64,000 bases of DNA from Octopus bimaculoides (taxonomy: Eukaryota): positions 47,110,868-47,174,867 of the forward strand of contig NC_068985.1 of the NCBI RefSeq assembly GCF_001194135.2. The letters run 5' to 3'. Both the position numbers and the translations under genes were made by a program. Shown here in pieces: positions 1 to 12,659 of the stretch (positions are counted from its first letter, which is position 1; every line of letters starts with the position of its first letter). The notes below the pieces were generated by a model. It saw only the letters and a list, made by a program, of their open reading frames with translations. It did no database searches and was not told where the DNA came from.

Positions 1-54
<54 letters not shown>
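1..54. repeat. (TG)n microsatellite
   Basis: Pure TG tract at the window start. Confidence 0.98.
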
Positions 55-58
<4 letters not shown>

Positions 59-1341
59 CAGATTTTAATCCGTGTATATAGATTGAACCGGCTGGCTTTC
101 TAGCAAATGACTATAGTTGTTTCAACGTATCGTTATCAACTGTTAATTGCTGAATGTTATACAAATTGTACGCAAATATATATTAATATGATACAACAAT
201 AGCTGTATAGGTTTGCATAATCGGGTGACCAGAGTCAAACCACTGCAGTATCACTTTTCATTTCTCACCAAATACAATATTTGGTATCCCTCTAACAAAG
301 AACAAGGAAGCAGAAATAAATACAAACGAGGAGAAAACCACAAAAACAAATTCAGGGAAATAAAAAGTAAATAGGATGTGTTGTTTATACGTCTAAAACT
401 GCGGTGAAAATCTCGAAAATCATTTCGTGTAGACGACAAATGCTAAGACGCGTCATAACTCTGTCGGCTGAACAAATCTCACAAGCACTAGTGGATGATA
501 CTATCACTTCACGTAATTTCACCGTATTGCGTATCATCAGTGGCAGCTAACCAAAAACCGAATGCAGACCATAGATCACTAAAGCCGATTTAGAATATTA
601 CGTGTCAAACAGTCAGTAATGTCGTAAAGTGTTGGTAAGCTAGGTATAAATTAGATATAAACGACAGAAGCAGCTTTTGTAAACAATATTAATTTGCACA
701 TCCAAGCATTAAGTAGAAGGAATCTTTCAGCGGGATCGATCCCATTTCTACAGGATAGCAGAGCGACCTTCTTGGGCATGATTAATGTGTGTATATAAAT
801 AAGAATGTCTGCGTTTATAAAAGCGCTTTCCCTAATATTAGTGAAATGCCAGATAAAGGCAAAGAACTTATTGTTATAATTGCAATTTCGATTAGACATA
901 CACAATTAAGCAGAAATATTTCTATCTGTAAGCGGTACATGTGATGGTGCACTTTAGACAGAAATATGAATATCAAATGAGAAAGACAGTATTATGTAGA
1001 AATAACCTATAATATTGTTTATATGAATAGCACTAGGCTTGTATCCCGACAGTGCTTATTCTATATTTTATTTATTGAATACTTAGCATTTCCAGCAATT
1101 AATTCATCGGTCAGTCGCCAACAAAGGAACAATCTTCATCATTTGTTTCTAGATCAAGATAAGATGTATAGATTTCTGGAATAATTTTAATTTAATTACC
1201 TTCATATTGTTATAGACTTAATAATTGCCATTCTCTCTGTTCTCCATCCCCCTCTCTCTCTCTCTCTCTTCCTTTCTCTCACACGCTTATAAACACGCAC
1301 ACTACATGAAGATTACCTAAATATATACATACATACATATT

Positions 1342-1408
<67 letters not shown>

Positions 1409-2182
1409 NNNNNNNNNNTATATATATATATGTATATATATATACATATATATATATACATATATATAAATATATATATATATAAGCATACATACGTACA
1501 GAGATATTGTCTATATAAGATGTACAAACCAGAAAGAGAAAATGGAGACATAGATCGATATATAATTGTATAGTGTTTACAATTATGCATGTAATTAGTT
1601 CTGGAGATTTGCATATGTAATTTAGATGTTATGATAGTATATTTTATAGATGGCGGTAATATATCATATCCAGAGAAATACATACATAAAAATATATACA
1701 AACATGCATGCATACGTAAATTTACCTATATATGTATATGTGTGTGTGTATGTATGTGTGTCTGTCTATGTGTATACAGATACATATCTAGAAACATATA
1801 CATGTGTATATATAGGTATGTGTGCGTATATAAAAGTATGCGTATGTTAACGTCATCGGATGATATACATAGTTGAATATGAAATCTGTTAATACCACAC
1901 ACAAACTCACATAGACTTGTAAGTATATTTATGTATGTATATGTGCTTGTATATGAGGGTGTATCTAGTGTGTGTGTAGGCGTATGAACAATCAAGTTCC
2001 ATACTTTAAAGTGCTAAGTACTCGATATCATGATTACGGTGTTTAAATGTATTTATTATAGTTAATGAAACCGTATCAAAAAATTGTTACAATTACTCTC
2101 AAAAAGATTCTAACAGGCAAGATATAATCTTTTGTCGCACATATATATATATGCATCTTAGCTCGTTTGTTTTCAGCTGAAA

Positions 2183-2507
2183 GCGAGGATTGGTAGAAGT
2201 TTTAGAACGTCATACAAAGTACTTTCCGGAATTTTTTTCGACTGCTAAAATTTCGTGTTGAAATCTCACTGAGATCAAATTCACTCTTCATCGCTTACTG
2301 GGATCGCTGTAATTGACGAACTCTCTTGAAGGTACTTTAGCCATTTGTTCCGGCTATTTACACTCGTAGCTCGATTCCCACCGGTGTCAAATGTACTTTT
2401 CCACCTTTTAAGGTGGATAAATGAGAATCAGTGAAGTACTGGGGAGAATGTAATCGACTCACCCCTTCCCTCAATCATGCTGGCCTTGTGCCAAAATTAT
2501 TAAGAAA

Positions 2508-2508
<1 letters not shown>
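2183..2508 (+). mobile_element. Two degenerate SINE family A copies (tRNA-like head, ATT tail)
   Basis: Decayed matches to the family A body (aatgtaatcgactcacccc...ggccttgtgccaaaatt), followed by (ATT)n at 2509-2556. Confidence 0.55.
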
Positions 2509-2556
<48 letters not shown>

Positions 2557-2785
2557 GAACTGGCAGAATCGTTTCCAGGCTAGGCAACATGTTTAGCGAC
2601 ATTTCGTCCGCCTTTTTACGTGCTGAGTTCAAATTCCGCTGAGGTCGACATTGCCCTTCATAATTTCGGGGTCGATAAATAAAATACCAGTTGAATACCA
2701 GTGGCTATGTAATCGACTCGTCCCCCCCCCCCCACAAAGCTGTCCTCGTGGCAAAATTTGAAACTATTATTACTATTAATATTAA
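2557..2785 (+). mobile_element. SINE family A
   Basis: A-box-like tggcagaatcg, B-box-like gagttcaaattcc, body gaggtcgac..ttgcc..tcat..ttcggggtcgataaa, short ATT tail. The same body recurs more than 10 times in the window. Confidence 0.85.
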
Positions 2786-2786
2786 T

Positions 2787-2993
2787 GAGCTGGCAGAGTC
2801 GTTTCTACGCTGGGCAAAATGTATAGCGGCATTTCGTCTGTTTTTACGTTCTGAGTTCAAATTCCCCTTAGTTCGAATTTGCCTTTCGTCCTTTCGAGGT
2901 CGATAAAATAAGTACCTGTTGAACACTTGGGTCGATGTAATAAACTCATCCCCCTCATCCAAAACTGCTGCCCTTATGGAATAATTTAAAGCC
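2787..2993 (+). mobile_element. SINE family A
   Basis: gagctggcagagtcg...ctgagttcaaattcc...gtcgataaaataagtacc...gggtcgatgtaat, ending in an ATT tail. Confidence 0.85.
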
Positions 2994-3010
2994 ATTATTA
3001 TTATTATTGC

Positions 3011-3041
<31 letters not shown>

Positions 3042-3131
3042 CTTCTTCTTCTTCTTCTTGTTCTTCTTCTTCTTCTTCTTCTTCTTCTTCTTCTTCTTCT
3101 TCTTCTTCTTCTTCTTCTTCTTCTTCTCCTT

Positions 3132-3185
<54 letters not shown>
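2994..3185. repeat. Compound triplet microsatellite (ATT)(GTT)(CTT)(ATT)
   Basis: Successive in-phase NTT tracts read directly from the sequence. Confidence 0.95.
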
Positions 3186-3718
3186 GAGTGAGAGAGCAGT
3201 GCATGCCATCAAAGTTACAGTGGGGTAAAATATACGAAGCCAAGTATACCCATCATGACTACCTGTCTGATAAGGGTTCACCAGGCACATGCATCTCAAC
3301 CATATGTGCTCGACATAGTGATCTCATATCAAGATAAACATCGCATGACCTTACAGGTGGGGCCGAGTTAGAATTTTTATCAGGCTGAGTAGCCCAGCCC
3401 GCTCTAAAGGTCCCTGAATAAGGTTTGTTTAAAGAAGAGAGAGGTAAATTATCCAAACTCAAAAGAATTTCTCTCAAAACATCGTTGTGATGCTCTCCAA
3501 CTACTTCTGCTCATGATCAGAGACGCGCATATCGTCAGACACAAAGGGTCATGCTCAACTGGTTAAGATTAAATAACTGACAAGCAAATCTGTGGTATTG
3601 AGCAGAATATTTGCTGTAGCCCATCTTTTATACCAAAACAGAATAATGTACAGGATAACATTTGCAGGTAGTTAAGATCAGAAGCCATGGGAGCCACTGT
3701 CTGGTACTGCATCAGAGC
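3186..3718 (-). mobile_element. Non-coding TAA-flanked interspersed element (candidate non-autonomous retroposon)
   Basis: About 530 bp of complex sequence with (TTA)n at 3135-3185 and a short ATT tract at 3719-3732. No recognisable protein motif. Strand inferred from the TAA orientation. Confidence 0.5.
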
Positions 3719-3734
3719 AATTAATTATTATTGT

Positions 3735-4342
3735 TGTTCTATTGTCTTTGCACACCTTGTCACGCTAGATATATATTACCACTGAACTAAGGTAATACTT
3801 CTTATTTTTCGAGCACCATCCGGAGTATTAGAACAGCTCTAAGCGGTGCTGCTTTCTACAAGTGCTCCAGCCTTATTGCAGGCCCTATTTGATCCATGTA
3901 CTTCTCAAAATTTTTAGTAATAATTGTCCGAGGGCTCCCACAATTATTACTACTACTATCATGATATCATTTGATCCAGTAGCCTTGAGCTCCATCTGGT
4001 CCCGGGGCTTTCCATTTCTCCATTTTGTTGGCGGATTTTCTTCACTTCCCTAACTGAAATGACTAGTTCTGCCTGTTTTGGACAGACTACTGTTTGTTTC
4101 AGTTCTTGCATCCATTCAGCATCCTTCTTGTGCTTCTTGTCTTTGCTCCAGATATCATTCGAAAACCTTTGACTTTTAATCCTATCTGGTATCAACTTTT
4201 TATCTGGACACTCTCCGTCTATTTCTTTGTAGAATCTCTTCTGATCTATTCTGAATAACCTATTCTGGTGGTATCCCTTCATTCTTTGGTTATATCCTAC
4301 CATCTTTAATTTCTTTGCAACCTGGTGCTGTTTCAGTTCCTC
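3735..4342 (-). mobile_element. R4/Dong-like RLE LINE remnant, 5'-truncated and internally deleted
   Basis: 3959-4342 encodes the pre-RT region (QNRLFRIDQKRFYKEIDG...DIWS...EW..ELK, then a frameshifted KWKAPGPDG-like motif). 3802-3958 encodes the ORF end (IIVGALG...EKYMDQIG...ILRMVLEK*). A short 3' UTR follows; (TAA)n lies at 4343-4420. Confidence 0.8.
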
Positions 4343-4422
<80 letters not shown>

Positions 4423-4959
4423 TACTGTTGTTTAGAATAACTTAGGTGTTATAGAATACTTTTCTCTTCATGAGATAGTTCCTCAGAGATATGCCGTAAT
4501 AGATTCAGTTTGACTGAATCTAGCCGTTTTATAAAATAATAGACGGAAAAAATACGTTAATATAATTAAATAAATATTTAACCGCTATTAATATTTAGAA
4601 AATTGTATTTATGATGGCTATGTAAACAAGACAGAACATGTGGAACTATGGCTTAAAGATTCATTTAAACTTATGAAAGAAAATTTCTTAGTTTTGGTAT
4701 AATTCACACATAGTAACAGTCAAATATAAGTAACACTGGAATGAATATTTTAACAGCGAAATACATAACGTACTAGGAATATAACATGTGCAAATGAAGA
4801 TAATTGGTATTTTTAAGTGTCCAACGTAAGACATGAGAAAACGTTTATAACTGACGAGTTTAGAAGCAAAAGAACTATTAATAGTTAATTTGTGTAAAGG
4901 AATCATTGAACATAAAAAGAAATATGATGCAGCTACTGTACTGGATTAAGTATTTAATG

Positions 4960-5990
4960 ATGAATAGAGTCCACCATGTAGTGATCAATGGAATGTACTG
5001 AAGTGCAGCAAACTTCATCACTGGTTTTCTCCGAGGAACTTTGTTAAGTCCACCCAAGTTCATATTGAATATAAACGACGTCACAGTTGTTATGAAGCTG
5101 ACCAAAATAAACGTTCTTCGATGATTTTCAAGCTTCAAAAACTTATCGACGGAGAATGACTCGAAAAATCTCCATTCTGAACAGTATACTGTAAGTCAAT
5201 TGGCCGACAGACGCAACACCGTGCTAAATGAGGAGAAATTTGAACTCATGTACTTTGGAGAATAGAATGTGTTCAAGCAAACTCACACTCTTCCATCAGG
5301 AGAACTACTCATGATGTCTAAGGGTATCAGAAACCTTAGAGTAATTGTTGACAACAGCCTCTGTGGAAGGGCTCGCATCAAGAATGAAGTCGCTACAGTA
5401 TACAAACGTTCAGTTGCGGAGAGATAAATGTCACTATTTTCTTTTTCTAGACTACTACTGCCAACAATGTAATAGTAGTCTATGTGTCCCTATACTAAAC
5501 GAAACAGTATGATAATTGAGACACCATAAAGAGCAATTACAAACAACTAAAAGGAATGACATATCTTGATTATTAGGACCGCCTTAAAACTACATCATTT
5601 GTACAATTTGGAGAATAAACCAGTAGTATAGCCCAAATGATCTCAGCACCAAGTTCACAATTCGTACAACTCTGGGACCCGATGTCATACGCATCCTACA
5701 CAACTCAGGCTTTCAAAACATAACTACATTGCAGCACAGTCATTTGCCTTCAGTTAGCTCTGCTCTATTTAATATTAGCCGTAAAGCATATCAAAGAGGA
5801 AAAAGGTCCCATAACATTCAAAATATATCTTGAGAAATTTTTTCACAGGATACCAGAAACAAAACACCTATACTTCGTTACAACTCAGTCAACACACACA
5901 ACCTCTTTAATGGGATATGAGATAGCAAAATTGATCTAAAGAGGGATTAGCAAATTGTGTCAGGCGGTACATTTTGACTAGACATGTCTG
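4960..5990 (+). mobile_element. CR1/L2-type LINE 3' fragment (degenerate RT plus 3' region)
   Basis: Frameshifted translation gives VVING..., LRGTLLSP (QGTVLGP-like, about 5029), F-DD at about 5117-5125, LNEEKFELMYFG and RNLRVIVDNSL, plus a decayed YWDRL-like motif near 5570. Confidence 0.75.
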
Positions 5991-6344
5991 AGGCCGATTA
6001 CGGCGGAAATATTTAAAGCTTGAATAAGTGTATATATGTTCTCTAATTAAAATAATAAATGTATACAGATATAATCAAGTTTATATGCATTTGTTCTCTT
6101 CTAGAATTTACAATAATTAGAGAAAGGTTCAAATCGATGTGACTTTTCAATTCATTGCTTAGAAATACCGGGACAACGCGTTCTTCATTTTATATTACAC
6201 ACACACATACACATACACACATGCGCATACACACATACATTCACACATACACTCACACGCACACATACATACATACACACACATACACACACGCATACAC
6301 ATGTACAAACATTCATGTACACTTATATAAATTCATCTCTATCA

Positions 6345-6620
6345 GTTGCGGGAATGAGTGTTCAGTTATTTGATCAAGTGAATTCATGTTCATTGAATTA
6401 GCGTGTAAAGGGGCTGACATCTGTTACAAAAACGTAATATACTCAGACGGAATTAGCGTTATCGTGTGTGTCATAAGGCTATACATCTGAAGTATGTGTA
6501 CAGTGCAGCTGACAAGCTTTGGCCTAATTTCTGTCTAGTCACATTCACTCATAAATTATGTGTCCGTATGAGGCTATAGAAAATGACATACGCTCAACAT
6601 TTGTCGAAGACACTTTGGCT
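6345..6620 (-). mobile_element. SINE family C, degenerate
   Basis: Decayed reverse-complement similarity to the copies at 55595-55876 and 61795-62090. Confidence 0.5.
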
Positions 6621-6738
6621 GAAAAAATCTCTGGCATGTCCTCCATTTATAAAATAATAGCGGTAATTCTAGTTTTTGAAAGTAAATATTTCATATTATA
6701 CTGTGTATAAGCAAATATATGTAGACATATATATATGG

Positions 6739-6778
<40 letters not shown>

Positions 6779-7463
6779 NNNNNNNNNNNNNNNNNNNNNN
6801 NNNNNNNNNNNNNNNNNNNNNNNNNNNNNNNNNNNNNNNNNNNNNNNNNNNNNNNNNNNNNNNNNNNNNNNNNNNNNNNNNNNNNNNNNNNNNNNNNNNN
6901 NNNNNNNNNNNNNNNNNNNNNNNNNNNNNNNNNNNNNNNNNNNNNNNNNNNNNNNNNNNNNNNNNNNNNNNNNNNNNNNNNNNNNNNNNNNNNNNNNNNN
7001 NNNNNNNNNNNNNNNNNNNNNNNNNNNNNNNNNNNNNNNNNNNNNNNNNNNNNNNNNNNNNNNNNNNNNNNNNNNNNNNNNNNNNNNNNNNNNNNNNNNN
7101 NNNNNNNNNNNNNNNNNNNNNNNNNNNNNNNNNNNNNNNNNNNNNNNNNNNNNNNNNNNNNNNNNNNNNNNNNNNNNNNNNNNNNNNNNNNNNNNNNNNN
7201 NNNNNNNNNNNNNNNNNNNNNNNNNNNNNNNNNNNNNNNNNNNNNNNNNNNNNNNNNNNNNNNNNNNNNNNNNNNNNNNNNNNNNNNNNNNNNNNNNNNN
7301 NNNNNNNNNNNNNNNNNNNNNNNNNNNNNNNNNNNNNNNNNNNNNNNNNNNNNNNNNNNNNNNNNNNNNNNNNNNNNNNNNNNNNNNNNNNNNNNNNNNN
7401 NNNNNNNNNNNNNNNNNNNNNNNNNNNNNNNNNNNNNNNNNNNNNNNNNNNNNNNNNNNNNNN
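6779..7463. other. Assembly gap (N-run) between (TA)n tracts
   Basis: One of many gaps. Others include 8421-8940, 10065-10496, 25392-26186, 32497-33464, 46856-47264 and 60540-61440. Most abut simple repeats. Confidence 0.99.
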
Positions 7464-7496
<33 letters not shown>

Positions 7497-7735
7497 CATG
7501 CATAAATATATATTTACAAATAAGCATGCATGCATATATACATACATAAATACATACATATTATATATATATATAAACATATAAAATGCTTATTCGTGTT
7601 CAATTTATAGGTGTTTCTTGCATGCATTAATGATGGATTGCATGTTAGATGATAATTGTAGTACAACATGACAGGTTATTATTCAGGTACAGTGTATTTT
7701 ATATATATATATATATATACTTGCGTGTGTGTGTA

Positions 7736-7798
<63 letters not shown>

Positions 7799-8369
7799 GA
7801 GAGAGAGAGAGAGTGCATACATACACATCCCTGAATTGATGTACATATGCCTGTGATATAGTGATATAAATGTGTGTACCCACATATATGAACAGACTCA
7901 CACATACACAAACATACACACATACACACACATATATGTATATTTATGAATATGTGCGTGTTTATGTGAATTTGTTTCATGTGCATTTTTCAACGCGTGT
8001 TTTGTAGCAATCTATTTTGAAAATGCAAGCATTTCACAGAAAAGGCCCTACGATGAGATTATTTTCTACGTAATGCAATCATTTTTGATTAATACTGTCA
8101 CCTCAAGATAGATGTGGAATTCTAAGAGAGAGAATGAACGAATAAAAGAATTCAAAAATAAGTGAAGGAAAGAGTAGTATGAATAAAAATAATGAGATAT
8201 TATGATTACTTGTGGAGTCGATTTTATATTTATTTATCTGCTATTAAAATTAAAATATTTCTCCTCTCCTGTATGGACGTGTCTGCATTACATTTTAACT
8301 TGCATGGATGTATTCCTTCGCATTCAAGTAATGTTGCTGGTGCCCTTATAATAATGAGTCTTACGTGCA

Positions 8370-8420
<51 letters not shown>

Positions 8421-9874
8421 NNNNNNNNNNNNNNNNNNNNNNNNNNNNNNNNNNNNNNNNNNNNNNNNNNNNNNNNNNNNNNNNNNNNNNNNNNNNNNNN
8501 NNNNNNNNNNNNNNNNNNNNNNNNNNNNNNNNNNNNNNNNNNNNNNNNNNNNNNNNNNNNNNNNNNNNNNNNNNNNNNNNNNNNNNNNNNNNNNNNNNNN
8601 NNNNNNNNNNNNNNNNNNNNNNNNNNNNNNNNNNNNNNNNNNNNNNNNNNNNNNNNNNNNNNNNNNNNNNNNNNNNNNNNNNNNNNNNNNNNNNNNNNNN
8701 NNNNNNNNNNNNNNNNNNNNNNNNNNNNNNNNNNNNNNNNNNNNNNNNNNNNNNNNNNNNNNNNNNNNNNNNNNNNNNNNNNNNNNNNNNNNNNNNNNNN
8801 NNNNNNNNNNNNNNNNNNNNNNNNNNNNNNNNNNNNNNNNNNNNNNNNNNNNNNNNNNNNNNNNNNNNNNNNNNNNNNNNNNNNNNNNNNNNNNNNNNNN
8901 NNNNNNNNNNNNNNNNNNNNNNNNNNNNNNNNNNNNNNNNTATATATATACATATATATATATATATGCAGCACAATTTTATCAGTGAACAGGTCGCCGT
9001 CTCAAAGCGACGAAAATATTTTGACAAATTAAATTTAAATGTTGAAGTGAATCTAACGGCTTTTGTGTGTTATTTTAAATGGCTTATAAACATCTTCCAT
9101 GCTGCAATTGTTTTCGTTCCAGCACACGATCTGAGATCAGGTCACTTGCTATGCAAGTACATCTCCGTAATATATATATACATATATATATATATAAGCA
9201 TTTCAAATGGTAACCTCTGAGAATATATGTAGCTCTTTTTACTGTGCCACTCTGCACGGAGAGGGGTTCGCGGTAAATTTATTGCCGATAAATGCATATC
9301 GTGATAAATACGTTGCTTGTAACTTCAATGCCTGACAATTTTATCACCTGTAACTTCATGTTCTGCTAATTTCATTGCTTGTAACGTCGTCGCCTTCTTA
9401 TTTTTCTCGCTAGCTACTTTCATTGCATGGTACTTTACATTGTTAAACGATCATCAAACAGAGTACATCGATGGCGAATTCATCGATGTGTAGTTTTTTT
9501 ATCTGCAGCCTAAATACATCGCTCAGTATTATTTAAAGTCTTCTATTCAAAAATTAAACATCACGTACTTCATTAACAATGAAAAATGTTTAAAAAACAA
9601 TAAAATTCATTTCACGATGTAGAAATATTTACAAAGTGTGAAGCAAAAGTAATTAATGATTGAATATCAGTCGAACATTATATAGCCGATGGAGAAATTC
9701 CACACCTTCAAAAGATAGTGCAGTGAGAGTTCAACTTAGCGTCATCGAATATCGGAATACTGGATTATCTGAAAAGCATTTTTCTCAATTTGTTTTTGTA
9801 GAATGCTTCCTCTAGTTTCAAAATTATCTTTTCACTGCATTGTTTTCTGACTCTATTTTGATAAGTAACGTTGA

Positions 9875-9957
9875 TTCTTCTTCTTCTCCTCCTCCTCCTC
9901 CTCCTCCTTCTTCTTCTTCTTCTTCTTCTTCTTCTTCTTCTTCTTCTTCTTCTTCTT

Positions 9958-10048
<91 letters not shown>
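9875..10048. repeat. Compound (CTT)(CCT)(CTT)(ATT) microsatellite
   Basis: Read directly from the sequence. Confidence 0.95.
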
Positions 10049-10051
<3 letters not shown>

Positions 10052-10496
10052 CAGAATCGTTAACNNNNNNNNNNNNNNNNNNNNNNNNNNNNNNNNNNNN
10101 NNNNNNNNNNNNNNNNNNNNNNNNNNNNNNNNNNNNNNNNNNNNNNNNNNNNNNNNNNNNNNNNNNNNNNNNNNNNNNNNNNNNNNNNNNNNNNNNNNNN
10201 NNNNNNNNNNNNNNNNNNNNNNNNNNNNNNNNNNNNNNNNNNNNNNNNNNNNNNNNNNNNNNNNNNNNNNNNNNNNNNNNNNNNNNNNNNNNNNNNNNNN
10301 NNNNNNNNNNNNNNNNNNNNNNNNNNNNNNNNNNNNNNNNNNNNNNNNNNNNNNNNNNNNNNNNNNNNNNNNNNNNNNNNNNNNNNNNNNNNNNNNNNNN
10401 NNNNNNNNNNNNNNNNNNNNNNNNNNNNNNNNNNNNNNNNNNNNNNNNNNNNNNNNNNNNNNNNNNNNNNNNNNNNNNNNNNNNNNNNNNNNNNNN

Positions 10497-10795
10497 TGGA
10501 GTTCACATTCCGCAGAGGTTGACTTTTCCCATCGTCTTTTTGGGGTCGTTGAAATTAAGTACCAGTTGAGCACCGGGGTCGAGGTAATCGACTAGCGCCC
10601 CTCCCCCAAATTTCAGGCACTGTGTCTATAGTAGAAAGGATTATTATTAAGACGGTGAGCTAGCAGAATCGTTAGCACGCCGGGCAAAATGCTTAGCGGT
10701 ATTTCGCCCGTCTTCATGTTCTGAGTTCAAATTCCTTTGAGGTCAACTTTGCCTTTCATCTTTTTGGGGTCGATAAATTAATACCAGTGAAACAT
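10497..10795 (+). mobile_element. Two head-to-tail SINE family A copies
   Basis: Partial copy at 10497-10648 ending ttattatt, then gacggtgagctagcagaatcgttagcacgccgggcaaaatgcttagcggtatttcg...ctgagttcaaattcc from 10651. Confidence 0.85.
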
Positions 10796-12659
10796 TGAAT
10801 TTTCAGCCATTCAGAAAACAACCCATTCGCTACCTCTTCCATCATCTGCCACAGAAGCGAGAAGGTGGGGGGGGCGCCAGCATATCAAAACGTTAGAAAT
10901 AAGAGTGAGAAACATTAAAACATACACGAGCAAATTAGACATTTAAAAGCTTCGCGCAAACCCATCGGAACAAAATTGGAAATAGTGATTCAAACCACGA
11001 AGATCCTCCCAGTTCTTACCTGGGACATATTTCATCGACCTACAAAGGACGAAAGGTAAATTGGACTCAGGCAGAATTTGAACTCAGAACGTAAAGAGCC
11101 GGCTTGGTAATGGTTCTAGCAGATCGGCACTCAGAGGTAGTCACTAAAGAAAGTATGATAATGTACTATTTCATGCTTTCAAATGTTTCCTTGAAAATAT
11201 TTTATTTAACGATGAAAATATAATTACAATCACAAGCAAATATATTCATGCACTTATATATATGGACATCTTTTCAATTAAAAACATCATGAGAGGAGAA
11301 ACAGCACTCTTTCTTACTACACGCCGTCAAATTCTGTTTCATTTTTTTTCTCTCACACTGATGTCTCACATTTTCTTACAGTTCTTCCCTCTCTCTCTCT
11401 ATCATCCGTGACAATGTAAGTGTATATGTACTGTATGCATTAATGCCCACGTGTCATTTTCTTTTTGAGTGTGAGTGTTGACATATATGTAGGTATGCAT
11501 TTGTGTTTGTGTGGGCAGTGTAATCTATTGACATGCAGTATAGTTCGCTATATTTTTGTATTGGTGTGTGGAGGGCAATGTGTTAACTTGCGTACTTCCC
11601 TATTTGCATTATGTATGTATGCATGTATGTATGTATGTATGTACGTATGTATGTGTGTATGTATGTATGAACGTATGAACGTATGTATGTATGCACGTCT
11701 GTATGTAAGTGTGTGAGTGTGTGTATGTGTATGTGTCTCTAAGTAGTGCAATCTTTTGATACATACATACATACATACATACATAATCGTATTCTAAGTG
11801 TATGCGTACGTGTATGTTTGAACATACACAAATGCATGCATAGATACACAGGCATATATGTATTTATACATGTGCACAAAAAATACCGAAATATACAAAT
11901 ATGTTAGTAGATACACACAAACGTGTGTGCCAAAATACAGAAATATTTACATCTGTAGACACACATACCTATGCGCCCACAAAAACAAACGCGTACACAT
12001 ATTTGTATGTGTGAGAGAAAACCTTAATGAATTGTAATCTGGTGATCTCCTAATCTGTCATTTTCTCTTACAGCTGTACCCTTCGTTGATACACTTTGCT
12101 TGCATTTTTTAAACTTTCCATGTTGAAATACGTAACTCCATTCTTTTTCACGCTATTTATTTCCTTCACCTATCTCCACTCCCTCAATTCTGAGACTGCG
12201 CTCTGCGCCTGCGCATTTTAGACCTTTGGGATTCGTTTCCGGTTTGACATACATAGGCAGATCGCAAATTTATTGTATAGAGATTTATATCTACACATAT
12301 TGTTTCGAGTTTTCCAAACATCTATCACCATAAAGTCCCAAATCTGATTTCAAATAGAAACCTTTTTTCTATATCAATGTTAATATTCGTTATGTATAGC
12401 TTAAAAAATAAGATTTCCTGGTTCAAATCTAGTCTGAGTCTAGCTACCCACGAAGGCACTCGATGATGAATCATTGTGGGAGAATAGTAGCCATACGCGC
12501 TAAAGATACTTTTAAAAGTCTGGAAAACTACATTGAAACAAGATCATACATTTTGAGGGAAGACGCATAAGGATTTAAATTGAGCTCAATACTTGACTAT
12601 TTCTATTATTGTATTGGCCAGGAAATATGAGTGACAAAGCTGACAGTTCTTTTCTCAGG

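Noticed and set aside
509-540. CTGATGA...GAAA on the minus strand
   Set aside because: Stems I and III cannot be formed; a couple of such motif pairs are expected by chance in this window.
6647-7584. Long ORFs spanning N-runs (also about 8.2-9.2, 9.9-10.6, 25.1-26.6, 32.2-33.7, 46.8-47.3 and 60.2-61.6 kb)
   Set aside because: They stay open only because N codons and TA/CA repeats contain no stops.
11382-11415. AG...GTAAGT-bounded 34-nt exon-like segment
   Set aside because: Mostly CT microsatellite and not a multiple of three; it illustrates the chance rate of pseudo-exons.
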